Assembly: GCA_963793425.1 (NCBI GenBank)
Contig: CAWCAG010000001.1
Location: 288,001 to 352,000 of the forward strand
Length of the DNA stretch: 64,000 bases
DNA from: an uncultured cyanobacterium
GTDB lineage: Bacteria > Cyanobacteriota > Cyanobacteriia > Cyanobacteriales > CAWCAG01
Direction: 5' to 3'
The notes beneath the pieces were generated by a model. That model was not told where the DNA came from. It was given only the letters and a program-made list of their open reading frames with translations, and did no database searches. Position numbers and translations under genes: made by a program. Every line of letters begins with the position of its first letter. Position 1 is the stretch's first letter. Shown piece after piece: positions 41,553 through 52,348 of this stretch.

Positions 41553-44009
41553 ATGAAGTTCTGGAAACAGCCTTTAACCACTAAAGTTGCCATCTCCTTC
41601 CTGTTCCTTTCCCTCTTAACTGTAGGCATCGTGGGAGGGGTAGCTCATATTCGGGCCAGGGAGGCTCTCAAAAAGGCTGCCTTTGATCGGCTTAATGTTA
41701 CAGCAAGACTCAAAGAAAAAGAAATCGCCCGTTGGTTTGAAAATCAGCAACGAGATTTTCTTTTAACTACCCAATTTCCTGACGTACAAAAAAACCTACA
41801 AATACTTACCAGCCCCACCAACTCCAAAGCCCAACAACAAGATGCTTATGGGTTACTCTCAAAATACTTAACTCAAGTAATTGAATTTAAACCTAACTTC
41901 AGAAAAATTTCCCTCCTCAACCGCAGCAACCAAATCATTCTCTCCACCAAAAAAGCCAACGAAGGTAACTACGAAATTGGTACTAATTTAACTTATATAG
42001 AAGAAGTTGAATCAGGAGATACCTTTGCACCCATCTTCTATGTTTCCCCGATGACAGGTAAACCTGCCGTTACCTTAGCTACACCTTTGCGGAATAGGGC
42101 TGGGGATCGCCAAGGGATGATTTTAACAGAACTTAACCTCGAACAAATTGACGGCATCGTTAGAGAAAGCATGGGCTTAGGAGAAAGCGGAGAAACATAC
42201 TTAGTTGGTTCATTAGTCACCAAAAATGTCTTTATCTCCAAAGCCAACTCTCCTAATCCTAATCAACAAACCTCTGAAGGCATAACCAGTCAAGGGATTG
42301 ATCGGGCAATGAGTGGCGAAAGTGGTACTCAATTGTATCGCAATTATGCAGGAGTTCCAGTAATTGGGGTTTATCGCTGGTTAAATGACCAAGATATCGC
42401 CTTGTTGGTAGAAATGGAACAGGAAGAAGCCTTTGCCCCAGCCAGACAACTTGCTGCTACCATTGTCTTGGTTGCCTTAGCTGCGGCCGCAATTTTATTA
42501 GTAGGAGTTTATTGGTTATCACGCCAGTTAACCCTTTCTCGTCAGCAACTAGAAATCAAAGCCCAAGAAGCAGATACTGCTAACCAAGCAAAAAGTGAAT
42601 TCTTAGCTAATATGAGTCATGAGTTGCGTACTCCCCTCAATGCTATTCTTGGTTTTGCCCAACTGCTAGATCGCGATACTAGCTTAAGTTCTCAACAAAA
42701 AAAGTTTTTAGCTACCATTAACCGTAGTGGGGAACATCTCCTCGATTTAATTAATGATGTGCTACAAATGTCGAAAATCGAGGCGGGAAGGACTGTTCTC
42801 ACCCCCGATGTTTTTGACTTACATAGTCTTTTGCAAACTCTGCATACGATGTTTCAAGTTCGGGCTGCAGCAAAAGGACTTACCCTCAACTTCCATTTAG
42901 ATCCTGATTTACCCCAATATATTCTCACCGATGAAGGTAAGCTGCGGCAGGTACTAATCAACCTGTTAAGCAATGCCATTAAATTCACTCCAGCAGGAAG
43001 CGTAACCTTAAAAGCAAAGGGTAAACAATGGCAAAAACCCCCTGCCTATCCCCTCACTTCCTTACCTCCTCAACCCCAAAATTTCCGCCTCTCCTTCTCC
43101 CTTGAAGATACGGGCATTGGCATCGCCCCAGAAGAACTAAACCAGCTTTTTCGCCCTTTCGTACAAACAGCTAGCGGTGTTAAAAGCCCAGGTGGTACAG
43201 GCTTAGGGTTAACCATTAGCCGTAAATTTATTCAACTAATGGGGGGAGATATCCAAGTTCAGAGTACCTTGGGAAAAGGGTCTAGCTTCCACTTCACCAT
43301 CAAAGTTACTTTAGCTCAACCAACAGTTAATACAGAACTTGCCCCAGAAAGGAGAGTCTTGAAAATTGCTCCTCACCAACCAACTTACCGCTTATTGGTT
43401 GCAGATGATAAAGAAGAGAATCGTAACCTTTTAGTGCAATTACTGCAAACCGTCGGTTTTCAAACCCGCATTGCCACCAATGGCTCTGAAGCGATCGCCC
43501 AATGGCAGACATGGAAGCCTGATTTAATTTGGATGGATATGCGGATGCCCATAGTAGATGGTTATGAGGCAACCAAGAAAATTAAGCTACAGGCAACTTC
43601 TTCCGGACAAAAAGCTAAAATCATTGCCCTTACTGCCGCAGTTTTTGCTGAACAACAGGAGAAAATTTTTAAGGCTGGTTGCGATGATATTGTCTGCAAA
43701 CCTTTCCGAGAACAAATTATTTTTGAAAAAATAGCTCAACATATAGGAGTTAAATATATCTATGAAGGGGAATCCCAAGGTTCATTGAAAGAAGCAAAAC
43801 CAACTACCTTAAACTATGAAAACTTAAAAGTAATGCCCCAAAAATGGCAAGAAAGACTCCATCAAGCAGCGGTTGAAGTGGATGGAGAGGCAATTACCCA
43901 GCTAATTAAGCAAATTCCTTCTCACCGGGAGTCTCTAGCTACAGGGCTAGCACAATTAAATCGCAGTTATGATTTTGATGGGATTATCGAATTGTTGGAA
44001 GCCAATTAA
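41553..44009 (+). CDS. Hybrid sensor histidine kinase (Cache-like periplasmic domain, HisKA, HATPase, REC)
   Basis: Two TM helices; FLANMSHELRTPLN; DTGIGI, GTGLGL; WMDMRMP. Confidence 0.93.
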   Translation: MKFWKQPLTTKVAISFLFLSLLTVGIVGGVAHIRAREALKKAAFDRLNVTARLKEKEIARWFENQQRDFLLTTQFPDVQKNLQILTSPTNSKAQQQDAYGLLSKYLTQVIEFKPNFRKISLLNRSNQIILSTKKANEGNYEIGTNLTYIEEVESGDTFAPIFYVSPMTGKPAVTLATPLRNRAGDRQGMILTELNLEQIDGIVRESMGLGESGETYLVGSLVTKNVFISKANSPNPNQQTSEGITSQGIDRAMSGESGTQLYRNYAGVPVIGVYRWLNDQDIALLVEMEQEEAFAPARQLAATIVLVALAAAAILLVGVYWLSRQLTLSRQQLEIKAQEADTANQAKSEFLANMSHELRTPLNAILGFAQLLDRDTSLSSQQKKFLATINRSGEHLLDLINDVLQMSKIEAGRTVLTPDVFDLHSLLQTLHTMFQVRAAAKGLTLNFHLDPDLPQYILTDEGKLRQVLINLLSNAIKFTPAGSVTLKAKGKQWQKPPAYPLTSLPPQPQNFRLSFSLEDTGIGIAPEELNQLFRPFVQTASGVKSPGGTGLGLTISRKFIQLMGGDIQVQSTLGKGSSFHFTIKVTLAQPTVNTELAPERRVLKIAPHQPTYRLLVADDKEENRNLLVQLLQTVGFQTRIATNGSEAIAQWQTWKPDLIWMDMRMPIVDGYEATKKIKLQATSSGQKAKIIALTAAVFAEQQEKIFKAGCDDIVCKPFREQIIFEKIAQHIGVKYIYEGESQGSLKEAKPTTLNYENLKVMPQKWQERLHQAAVEVDGEAITQLIKQIPSHRESLATGLAQLNRSYDFDGIIELLEAN

Positions 44010-44169
44010 GTTACAAACAACCTTTGCTCGACTTAGACTCCATATTTATACATTACACTTAATGTTTAAATAGCCAGAAAATGCGTCAATTATTGAGGTT
44101 ATGATTGATAAATCATCTACTATTTAGTTAATCTCTTTTTGTTTTGAATAAAGAGAAAAAATCCAAGTA

Positions 44170-45102
44170 ATGAAAACATCCCAAAATCCATCTCAATGGC
44201 AAGTAATAATAATCCTTTGTATTGGCGTATTATCTATCTCCACAGCCGCCATTTTTATTCGTTTAGCCATTGAAACTGTCCAAATAAGAGGGGTCGGGTT
44301 TAGTCTTTTTATTGCCGCTTCTCGCCTCACCTTAGCTTCTTTGGTACTAATTCCCACTATCCCTTTCTCAAAGCAAAAAACCATCCCAAAAAAAGAATTT
44401 TATTATGCTACGGCTGCGGGAATTTGTTTGGCTTTACACTTTGCTACTTGGATTACTTCTCTGTCTTTTACCTCTATAGCTGCTTCCACAACTTTAGTAA
44501 CCACAAATCCGATTTGGGTAGCTTTATTTTCTTGGTTTTGGTATCAAGTCAAACCCCACAAATTGACCATTATTGGTATTGGAATTGCTTTATTAGGAAG
44601 TATGATCATTGTCGGTGGTGATACAGGGGAAACAGAGGTTAGTACAAATCCTTTATTAGGCAACTTCTTAGCTTTGATAGGGGCTTGGATGGCAAGTCTT
44701 TACTTAATTTTAGCCCGCCAAGCCCAAAACGAAAGTCTTAGTACCCAAAGTTATGTAACCATCGTTTATAGCACAGCCGCAGTAATACTTTTGCCTTTAC
44801 CTTTACTATTCGGAACAAGCTACTTCGGTTATCCAGGCGACGTGTATCTCTACATTTTATTAATGGCGATCTTATCTCAAGTAGTAGGCCACACTAGCTT
44901 AAATTGGGCAGTACGCTGGCTTTCTCCGACTTTAGTAACTTTAGCAATTCTCCTCGAACCCATCGGCTCAAGTTTAATGGGATTTATTGTTTTTGGTGAA
45001 ATCCCTCATAACCTAGTCCTGTTGGGGGCTGGAGTGGTATTAATGGGAGTAGCTTTAGCTATTTTTGGTGTCACAGAAGCAGGGCAAAAAAATTATCCTT
45101 AA
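44170..45102 (+). CDS. DMT/EamA-family transporter
   Basis: About 10 TM helices; HFATWITSL, GHTSLNW, LEPI. Confidence 0.9.
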   Translation: MKTSQNPSQWQVIIILCIGVLSISTAAIFIRLAIETVQIRGVGFSLFIAASRLTLASLVLIPTIPFSKQKTIPKKEFYYATAAGICLALHFATWITSLSFTSIAASTTLVTTNPIWVALFSWFWYQVKPHKLTIIGIGIALLGSMIIVGGDTGETEVSTNPLLGNFLALIGAWMASLYLILARQAQNESLSTQSYVTIVYSTAAVILLPLPLLFGTSYFGYPGDVYLYILLMAILSQVVGHTSLNWAVRWLSPTLVTLAILLEPIGSSLMGFIVFGEIPHNLVLLGAGVVLMGVALAIFGVTEAGQKNYP

Positions 45103-45173
45103 CCAGAAGAATTTGGTTAAAGTCCCACATCGGGTAATAATTAAAAAGATTGGTTGGTAAAAGGAATCATTGC

Positions 45174-46103
45174 ATGGTAACGACGGACGGACGGCCGGCC
45201 TCCTCAAAAACTCCCTCAGTCTTTGATGTTAAGGGTTATTTACAAGAGCAAAAACAGATTGTTAATCAAGCTTTAGACTGCTCCCTATCTGTTACTGAGC
45301 CGGTAAAAATTTATGAAGCAATGCGCTACTCGCTGTTAGCGGGAGGAAAGCGCCTGCGTCCTATTCTTTGTCTGGCTACTTGTAACATGATGGGAGGAAC
45401 ATCAGAAATGGCTATGCCCACTGCTTGCGCCTTAGAAATGATCCATACCATGTCCTTAATCCATGATGATCTTCCTGCCATGGATGACGACGATTATCGC
45501 CGGGGTAAGTTGACAAATCACAAAGTTTATGGTGAAGATATCGCCATCTTAGCAGGGGACGGTTTGCTCTCCTATGCTTTTGAATATATTGCTACTCAAA
45601 CCACAGGTGTAGAAGCATCCCAAATTCTCCAAGTAGTTGCTCATTTAGCCCGTGCCGTAGGCGCAGCAGGTTTAGTGGGTGGGCAAGTTATGGACTTGGA
45701 GTCAGAAGGAAAGTCAGATATTTCCTTAGATACCCTCAAATATATTCATACCCATAAAACCGGTGCTTTATTAGAAGCTTGCGTAATTTGCGGGGCTACC
45801 TTAGCGAAAGCTTCTTCGCAAGATCGGCAAAGACTTTCTAACTACGCTCGTAATATTGGCTTAGCATTTCAGATTATTGATGATATCTTAGACATCACAG
45901 CAACCAAAGAGGAACTAGGCAAAACTGCGGGTAAAGATATTCAATCTCAAAAAGCTACCTATCCTAGTTTATGGGGATTAGAAGAATCAAAAAGACAGGC
46001 CCAAAAGTTAATTGATCAGGCCATTGTTGAATTGGAACCCTATGGGAAAAAAGCTTTGCCGTTACAGGCGATCGCTAAATTTATTACCGCTCGTAAAAAC
46101 TAA
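45174..46103 (+). CDS. crtE: Geranylgeranyl diphosphate synthase
   Basis: [34 protein letters not shown] 45174. Confidence 0.95.
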   Translation: MVTTDGRPASSKTPSVFDVKGYLQEQKQIVNQALDCSLSVTEPVKIYEAMRYSLLAGGKRLRPILCLATCNMMGGTSEMAMPTACALEMIHTMSLIHDDLPAMDDDDYRRGKLTNHKVYGEDIAILAGDGLLSYAFEYIATQTTGVEASQILQVVAHLARAVGAAGLVGGQVMDLESEGKSDISLDTLKYIHTHKTGALLEACVICGATLAKASSQDRQRLSNYARNIGLAFQIIDDILDITATKEELGKTAGKDIQSQKATYPSLWGLEESKRQAQKLIDQAIVELEPYGKKALPLQAIAKFITARKN

Positions 46104-46151
46104 GTTCTTTATTTTTGTTTTGCTGAAATTGCCAATTTTAAATGAGATACC

Positions 46152-46607
46152 ATGCAAGAATTTAACAACATCTTAGACAATAATGTCCTACTGATGGCTG
46201 TCCTTGCTTGTCTGAGCGCTCAAGGATTAAAGTTGGTAATTGAGTGGATTAGACATCGTAAGGTAGATATTAAGTATTTGGTTAGTACAGGAGGGATGCC
46301 TAGCGCCCACTCAGCCCTGGTAGGAGCCTTAGCCACAGGGGTTGGGCAAACGATGGGCTGGTCTAGTCCTGATTTTGCGATCGCTTGTCTTTTTGCGGTA
46401 ATTGTTATGTATGATGCGGCTGGAGTACGCCAAGCCGCTGGAAAACAAGCTCGTATTCTTAATCAAATTATTGATGAATTATTCCAGGAAGATAAAGAAT
46501 TTGATGAAGAAAGGTTAAAAGAGTTATTAGGTCATACTCCTTTCCAAGTTTTGGTTGGTTTGGCTTTAGGAATTGCTATTTCCCTGGTATTAGGAAAGGT
46601 TTGGTAA
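46152..46607 (+). CDS. Divergent PAP2-family protein (DUF212)
   Basis: TGGMPSAHSA, VMYDAAGVR, LGHTP; usual neighbour of crtE. Confidence 0.92.
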   Translation: MQEFNNILDNNVLLMAVLACLSAQGLKLVIEWIRHRKVDIKYLVSTGGMPSAHSALVGALATGVGQTMGWSSPDFAIACLFAVIVMYDAAGVRQAAGKQARILNQIIDELFQEDKEFDEERLKELLGHTPFQVLVGLALGIAISLVLGKVW

Positions 46608-46643
46608 TAAGTAAGCAGTCAGGTATTTAGATTATCTTGCTAG

Positions 46644-46785
46644 GGTAGGGAATAGGGAATAGGGAATAGGGAAATGCTACAGATAAAGTTCTTTTAGTTG
46701 ATCTGTGGATAGATATAGTTTTATTGGGGGACTAGTTCCCCCCAAACCCGCATCTCAGGGAAACAAGTGTTTCCCCACACCCTTT
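46644..46785. repeat. (GGGAATA)x3 STRR plus G/C hairpins
   Basis: TAGGGAATAGGGAATAGGGAATAGGG; GGGGACTAGTTCCCC; GGGAAACAAGTGTTTCCC. Confidence 0.65.
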
Positions 46786-47033
46786 CCTAACCGCTTCGCT
46801 CTTCGTTGTTTGTATTTAGCTAGGGTTATTTTAGGTTGATCTATCGTCGTAAATAGACCTCATGATAGGGCGCATTTGTACTTAGGCTCGTTGTTTATAA
46901 AGTTATTTACTAATAAGCTAAGAGCAAATAGCTTGATTCAAATTATATGTAGCGTACTTTTTTCTATTTCATATTAGTTGGCAAGTAAATTGAATAATCT
47001 GCCAGTGAATTGATCTACTACTTCTTATCACCT

Positions 47034-48535
47034 ATGAATAAAAATCTCTCTGTTATTTCTCTTGCTTTCTTTGTTTCTTTTCTTTCTCCCATTACTGCTG
47101 TTGTGGCAAACCCATCTTTAATAGAGGTTGCCCAAGAAAGTGATGCAAATACTGAAGATATTCGCGCTGTGGCTAAGGAAGCTTATCAGGAAGGGTTGCA
47201 GCTTTATCGAGAGGGGACAGCAGAGTCTTTGAGGCAGGCGATTGTTAAATGGGAGGAGGCGCTTAAGCTTTGGCAGCAGGTAGGAGATCAGTCTCAACAA
47301 GCTTTAATCCTCAACAATCTTGGCGCTGTTTACAAGAATTTAGGAGAAAAGCAAGAGGCACTTAATTACTATAACCAAGCTTTACTTCTACGTCGCGCAG
47401 TAGGAGATAGAGGAGGAGAAGCAGTTACTCTCAACAATATTGGTGCTGTTTACAACTCATTGGGAGAAAAACAAAAAGCACTCGATTACTATGACCAAGC
47501 TTTACCTTTATATCGTGCAGTAGGCGATCGCAGAGGAGAAGCAACTACCCTCAACAATATTGCCCTACTTCAATACAGACAAGGCAACCTCGTTGCTGCT
47601 TCCGAAACCATGCAGCAAGCTATTGAAAAAATAGAATTCCTCCGTAACCAAATCCTTAATCCCCAACTGCAAACTTCCTTTTACGAAACCGTTGAATTCT
47701 ACTACGACTTCCACATCAACCTGCTGATGGAATTGCACCAACAAAACCCCACACAAGGATACAACGCCCAAGCACTCCATTACAGCGAAAGAATCCGCGC
47801 CCGTCAACTTCTCACTGAACTTCAGGAAGCCAGTGTAGATATTAAAGAAGGGGTAGATGCAGAACTTTTGGCAGAAGAAAAACAACTTAATCAACAACTT
47901 ACTGCTGCCCTACAAAATCAAGGGCAACTCCTACGGGGTTCCTATAGCAACAAAGATGCAGAAAACCTTAACAACCAAATTAACAATCTCCTTACTAAAC
48001 TAGACCAAGTGGAAGCATCCATTCGCTTACAAAGTCCTGCCTACGCTGCTATTAATCAACCGACTAAATTCACCCTGCAAAGCCAAGAAATTCAACAACT
48101 TCTTGATGATGATACTCTCCTCCTGGAATATTATCTCAGCGAAAAACGCAGTTATCTTTGGGTAATCAGCAAAGACCAAGTTAGCAGTTACGAATTCCCT
48201 CCCCAGGCTGAAATTGAACAACTTGCCCAACAATTCCGCAACGACATTGCTAGCGAAACCGAAAATAACCCAGAATTAGGACAACAACTCAGCAAAATAC
48301 TTCTTGCCCCTGCGGCCCCAGAATTAGGCAAAAAACGCCTTTTAATTGTCGGCGACGGAACCTTAATGATCGTTCAACTTCTGAGTTGATGAGCAAGTTT
48401 TATGAGAAAATGTACCAAGAAAACCTCCAACCTGCTGCGGCTTTGAGAGAGGCACAATTAGAGATGTGGCAAAGTGACGGTGACTGGCAAGATGCTTATC
48501 ATTGGGCAGCTTTCACTGTGCAAGGAGAATGGTAA
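47034..48535 (+). pseudogene. TPR-CHAT (caspase-like) protein with deleted catalytic core
   Basis: Signal peptide, 120-nt TPR repeats and CHAT start ...RLLIVGDGTL, then another frame gives the CHAT C-terminus NDRSTSELMSKFY...AYHWAAFTVQGEW* (stop 48533-48535). Confidence 0.85.
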
Positions 48536-48663
48536 TTTCCTTGGATATTGAAGTAAGTTTGAATAATAACGGTAGGATCGGGTTTTGGTAAATATTAATT
48601 AATCTGCCCCTACATTCATATTCCAAAAAAGACTACATTAACTTAGTGCTAATTTAGGGGTTT

Positions 48664-49563
48664 ATGGTGAATAAAGAAGTTATCGGTATTGATTTAGGGG
48701 GAACTGCCATTAAATTGGGGCGGTTTCAAGAAGATGGGACTTGCTTACAGTCTTTGAACATTCCCACCCCCCAACCTTCAACCCCAGAAGCAGTGTTAAA
48801 AGCAATGGTGGCTGGGGTGCAGCAACTTAATTGTCAGCAGCAAGCTGTGGCTATTGGTGTGGGTACTCCTGGCCCTGCGGATGCAGAGGGTAAAGTTGCT
48901 CAGATAGCTATTAACTTAGTAGGTTGGCGGGATGTTCCTTTGGGATATTGGTTGGAGGAAAAAACCGCCTTACCAGCTATTCTTGCTAATGATGCTAACT
49001 GTGCTGGCTTGGGGGAAGCTTGGTTAGGGGCAGGTAAAAAATTTACCAACCTCATCCTCTTAACCTTGGGTACAGGAGTTGGGGGTGCGGTGGTTTTGGA
49101 TGGTAAGCTGTTTACGGGGCGATTAGGGACAGCAGGAGAGTTAGGCTTAATCACTTTAAACCCCGATGGCCCACCTTGCAACAGTGGTAACAATGGTTCT
49201 TTAGAACAATATGTTTCTGTGGCTGCTATTCGGCGACAAACGGGGCAGGAGCCTGGGGAATGGGGAAAAAGGGCTGAAGCAGGAGATCCGGTTGCGTTGG
49301 AGTTTTGGCGCAACTATGGTAAGCTTTTAGGGGCAGGGTTAACCAGTTCCATTTATATTTTAACCCCGGAAGCTGTGGTGATTGGCGGCGGCATAAGTGC
49401 TAGTGCAGAGTTTTTCTTTCCTACTGCTTTGGCAGAGATTGAACGGCGAGTTATGGCTAGTTCCCGCCTTGGTTTGCAGCTTGTTAAGGCAGAGTTAGGT
49501 AATGATGCAGGGATGGCTGGTGCAGCAAAGTTGGCTTGGCAGAAGTTGGTTAATGTTGATTAG
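48664..49563 (+). CDS. ROK-family sugar kinase (glucokinase-like)
   Basis: IDLGGT, NDANCA, LTLGTGVGG, GELG, CNSGNNGSLE. Confidence 0.92.
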   Translation: MVNKEVIGIDLGGTAIKLGRFQEDGTCLQSLNIPTPQPSTPEAVLKAMVAGVQQLNCQQQAVAIGVGTPGPADAEGKVAQIAINLVGWRDVPLGYWLEEKTALPAILANDANCAGLGEAWLGAGKKFTNLILLTLGTGVGGAVVLDGKLFTGRLGTAGELGLITLNPDGPPCNSGNNGSLEQYVSVAAIRRQTGQEPGEWGKRAEAGDPVALEFWRNYGKLLGAGLTSSIYILTPEAVVIGGGISASAEFFFPTALAEIERRVMASSRLGLQLVKAELGNDAGMAGAAKLAWQKLVNVD

Positions 49564-49715
49564 ACTTGTGTTTCATACCAACTCCGGTTCATAAAGTACC
49601 TTAGCTACTATTCAATATCACTTTGCAGCACCGACTATAACTATTTCGCCGCCAATTCTAAAAATATACGCAAACCAGAAACTTTTAATTTCTGCTACGC
49701 TAAGACGCATTTAAG

Positions 49716-50537
49716 CTAAATGCGACAGCTTGTTTTTTTGCTCTTAATACTAAGCATAAGCAAACTAAGTAATGCTAAAGCTAGAGTGATATTAGGCTCA
49801 GGTACGGTTTCTGTTAAAGGAGCTTCGGTGTGAACAAAATTTGGAGTAGGCTCATCTTTATAAGGCGCTGAGAGAGTCGCTAAAGCAAGGGACAAGTCCC
49901 GACTAGTTTCATCAATAAGAAGCTGCAAAATGTCCTCATAGTGACGGGGTTGAGTATCTCTTAAATCTGCCATGAGACTATCTGTGAAAATATTGTCAAC
50001 ATCTGGGTTAACAGCACCGCCTTCATACTCGTCATATAATCCCAACATATGTCCAAATTCATGGGCAGCAATCTCATCGTGGTATTCTTCTCCCCAGCTT
50101 GAAGAAAGATCAAGAAACCAATTAGTCATGTTGGTGTGACCAGCCTCAGCATGAATTGTCACAACTTGGTCAGCATCTTCATTAACAAAGTTTACATCAA
50201 ACAGCAGAGGGTAAGCGAAGTTGCCGTCAATAATGTCATATGTGTTACCCCAGGTATTTTCAATGCCTTCTTCCCAGATATTAACCAAATGCCCTGGATC
50301 ATCACCAATAAGAGCAATATCCAGACTAATTTTCATCATTTGATCGATAAATTCCCATTCATATTGGTAATTCCAACCAAAATCTCCAGAAGTTTTGGAG
50401 CCTGATACAATCTGAGACTGAATATTAGCAATAGGCTCTAAAGATGTACCAATATTAAAATCCGCAGCAACTGCATTGTGGGAAATACCCAAAAGAGAAG
50501 CAGCGACGATGCCGGACAAACTACTGATATTTTTCAT
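49716..50537 (-). CDS. Secreted zinc metallopeptidase with PEP-CTERM sorting signal
   Basis: Signal peptide; HEFGHMLGLYDEY and Met-turn SLM; VPEP-TM-KSKK. Confidence 0.8.
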   Translation of the reverse strand: MKNISSLSGIVAASLLGISHNAVAADFNIGTSLEPIANIQSQIVSGSKTSGDFGWNYQYEWEFIDQMMKISLDIALIGDDPGHLVNIWEEGIENTWGNTYDIIDGNFAYPLLFDVNFVNEDADQVVTIHAEAGHTNMTNWFLDLSSSWGEEYHDEIAAHEFGHMLGLYDEYEGGAVNPDVDNIFTDSLMADLRDTQPRHYEDILQLLIDETSRDLSLALATLSAPYKDEPTPNFVHTEAPLTETVPEPNITLALALLSLLMLSIKSKKTSCRI

Positions 50538-50643
50538 ACAAAAACTTCTTATTGGCAGTGTTGACTTATAGATATTTCACCGCCAACCTTGAAAAAATAC
50601 GCAAACTAGCAAAATTTTGTTTTATTGACCCGTAGATGAATTT

Positions 50644-52218
50644 TTATGAATCTTTCTGAAAAAGCCATTGCCAAATTTTAATTACCCTCTCTTCTAACCA
50701 AGCCAAACCCTGATCAAGGAAATCGAGGATAGCTTCTAAGGGGTGTTTAACGTAGCCGACATGAATTCCTTCGGTTTCAATCCAATCAAAAACCGGATCT
50801 AGTTGTTCTTGATTTGAAGTTGCTGCGGCTGTTGCTGGGGTGAAAGTGGTGATGGTTTGGCTAGTTTGTTTAGGTTTGCTTAAACCTGCATTTTTTGAAG
50901 AGAGACGGTTTTTTACTGAACTTCTTCGGGGGTTTTTGGTGGTGCGAGGTTGGCGATTCCATCCTGTTAGTTGAGAGGGGGAAACGAGAGATTCCTCTTC
51001 AGTAATTTCTGCATCTAAGGTATTACCGTACAAGTCACTCCAACTTAACCAAGGATCTGGTTCTAATTCTGGTTTTGTTTGGGGAGTGGGTTGGAAAGGA
51101 GAGAATTTAATTAAGGCGCTTTGTTGCCATAAATTTAATTGTGTTTGCCAAATATCCTTCAGTTTTGTAGGTAAAGAAAAGAAATAATTTCCTGATAATT
51201 CTTCATTTGGGCTAGATTGATTTGCTAGTTTGTGAGAAGTGGTTTTTCCGCCAAAAAAGTATTGGATTGCTGCGGTAATTAAGGCTTTAATTTGCCCCGG
51301 TTGCTGCTGAGAGTTGGGATCATAATTACTTAAGCCTACTTTAAAATTATGCAACTTTCCTCCCCAACTTTCTCTTATTCCAGAAACCACTTTTGCTATG
51401 GGAACTAACCCATTATTTTCTAAGTTAGCAACAACTAAATCAAGATTAGTTAGACTTTCTGGAGATAGTATCAATTGGTTAAAAAGATTTACTGTGGGGG
51501 CAGGAGTTAAGGAAGGGACAGTATGCTTAAGGAAAACCGCTTCTTGAAAAAGATTAATTGCTGTGGCGACGGGGCTAGTTTGCACCCAGTGCATTAAATG
51601 CCAAAATAAGCGAATGGGAGCAAGAATTTGCGTTTTCTCTCTGGGTTGAATTGGTGCATACCCTTTTGAATTAGCACTTTGCAACAAGTGTATATGGCGG
51701 CGATAGTTGGCAATTTCCCAAGCAATACGTTGCTGAAGTTTCTGTTGCTGCTGGGGGGTGAGGATATCGATTATTTCATTGCTATTGCTAATTAATACTA
51801 AGTTACGGCAGTCCAACAGAGTTGCTACTCCTTGAATAGTTATTTTAGTTTTGGTGAGAGTTGTTTCTCTTACTTGTACAGTTTGAGGAGATTGGTTAAC
51901 AATTTTCCCTGGTGGATTTAAAAGAGGTTTAATCTCTTGCAACAAATTTAGAATTGGTGTCGAAGGAATTATCTTTTCTTCAGTAGTCTCCGGTTGAGAA
52001 GAATCTGCTTCTTTGACAGCTTGGCTAAATTTGCGTCCCGTTGCCCGTCCACTTTGCACCAATAGGTAAAGAGGATAAAGTAAAATCTGCCCTCCCCAAG
52101 TCGCTGCCACCTTGAGGTTACGCAAACCACGCCCAATGGAATCGCCCCAACGCAGAGATTGCCGATTAATAAAGTTGAATAATCGGCTTTTATAGGGGCC
52201 AAAGGATGCAGAGGACAT
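50644..52218 (-). CDS. Conserved cyanobacterial hypothetical protein
   Basis: 524-aa ORF; YKSRLFNF N-terminus, DWIETEG..GYVKHPLE C-terminus. Confidence 0.75.
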   Translation of the reverse strand: MSSASFGPYKSRLFNFINRQSLRWGDSIGRGLRNLKVAATWGGQILLYPLYLLVQSGRATGRKFSQAVKEADSSQPETTEEKIIPSTPILNLLQEIKPLLNPPGKIVNQSPQTVQVRETTLTKTKITIQGVATLLDCRNLVLISNSNEIIDILTPQQQQKLQQRIAWEIANYRRHIHLLQSANSKGYAPIQPREKTQILAPIRLFWHLMHWVQTSPVATAINLFQEAVFLKHTVPSLTPAPTVNLFNQLILSPESLTNLDLVVANLENNGLVPIAKVVSGIRESWGGKLHNFKVGLSNYDPNSQQQPGQIKALITAAIQYFFGGKTTSHKLANQSSPNEELSGNYFFSLPTKLKDIWQTQLNLWQQSALIKFSPFQPTPQTKPELEPDPWLSWSDLYGNTLDAEITEEESLVSPSQLTGWNRQPRTTKNPRRSSVKNRLSSKNAGLSKPKQTSQTITTFTPATAAATSNQEQLDPVFDWIETEGIHVGYVKHPLEAILDFLDQGLAWLEERVIKIWQWLFQKDS

Positions 52219-52348
52219 TTGCTTAAGGGAATGGTTGAGGATAACTTTTATTTTATCTGGTTAGTTGTCAAAAGTAGCAGTTATTTCCAAACCTCTGATC
52301 ATTGAACATTAAACATTAAACATTGAACATTTTAGCCCTCGACATAGA

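Noticed and set aside
49666..49705. c-di-GMP-I riboswitch resemblance (GCAAAC-stem-ACGCTAAG)
   Set aside because: No GNRA loop or second stem; wrong strand for the adjacent gene; not kept in the second copy
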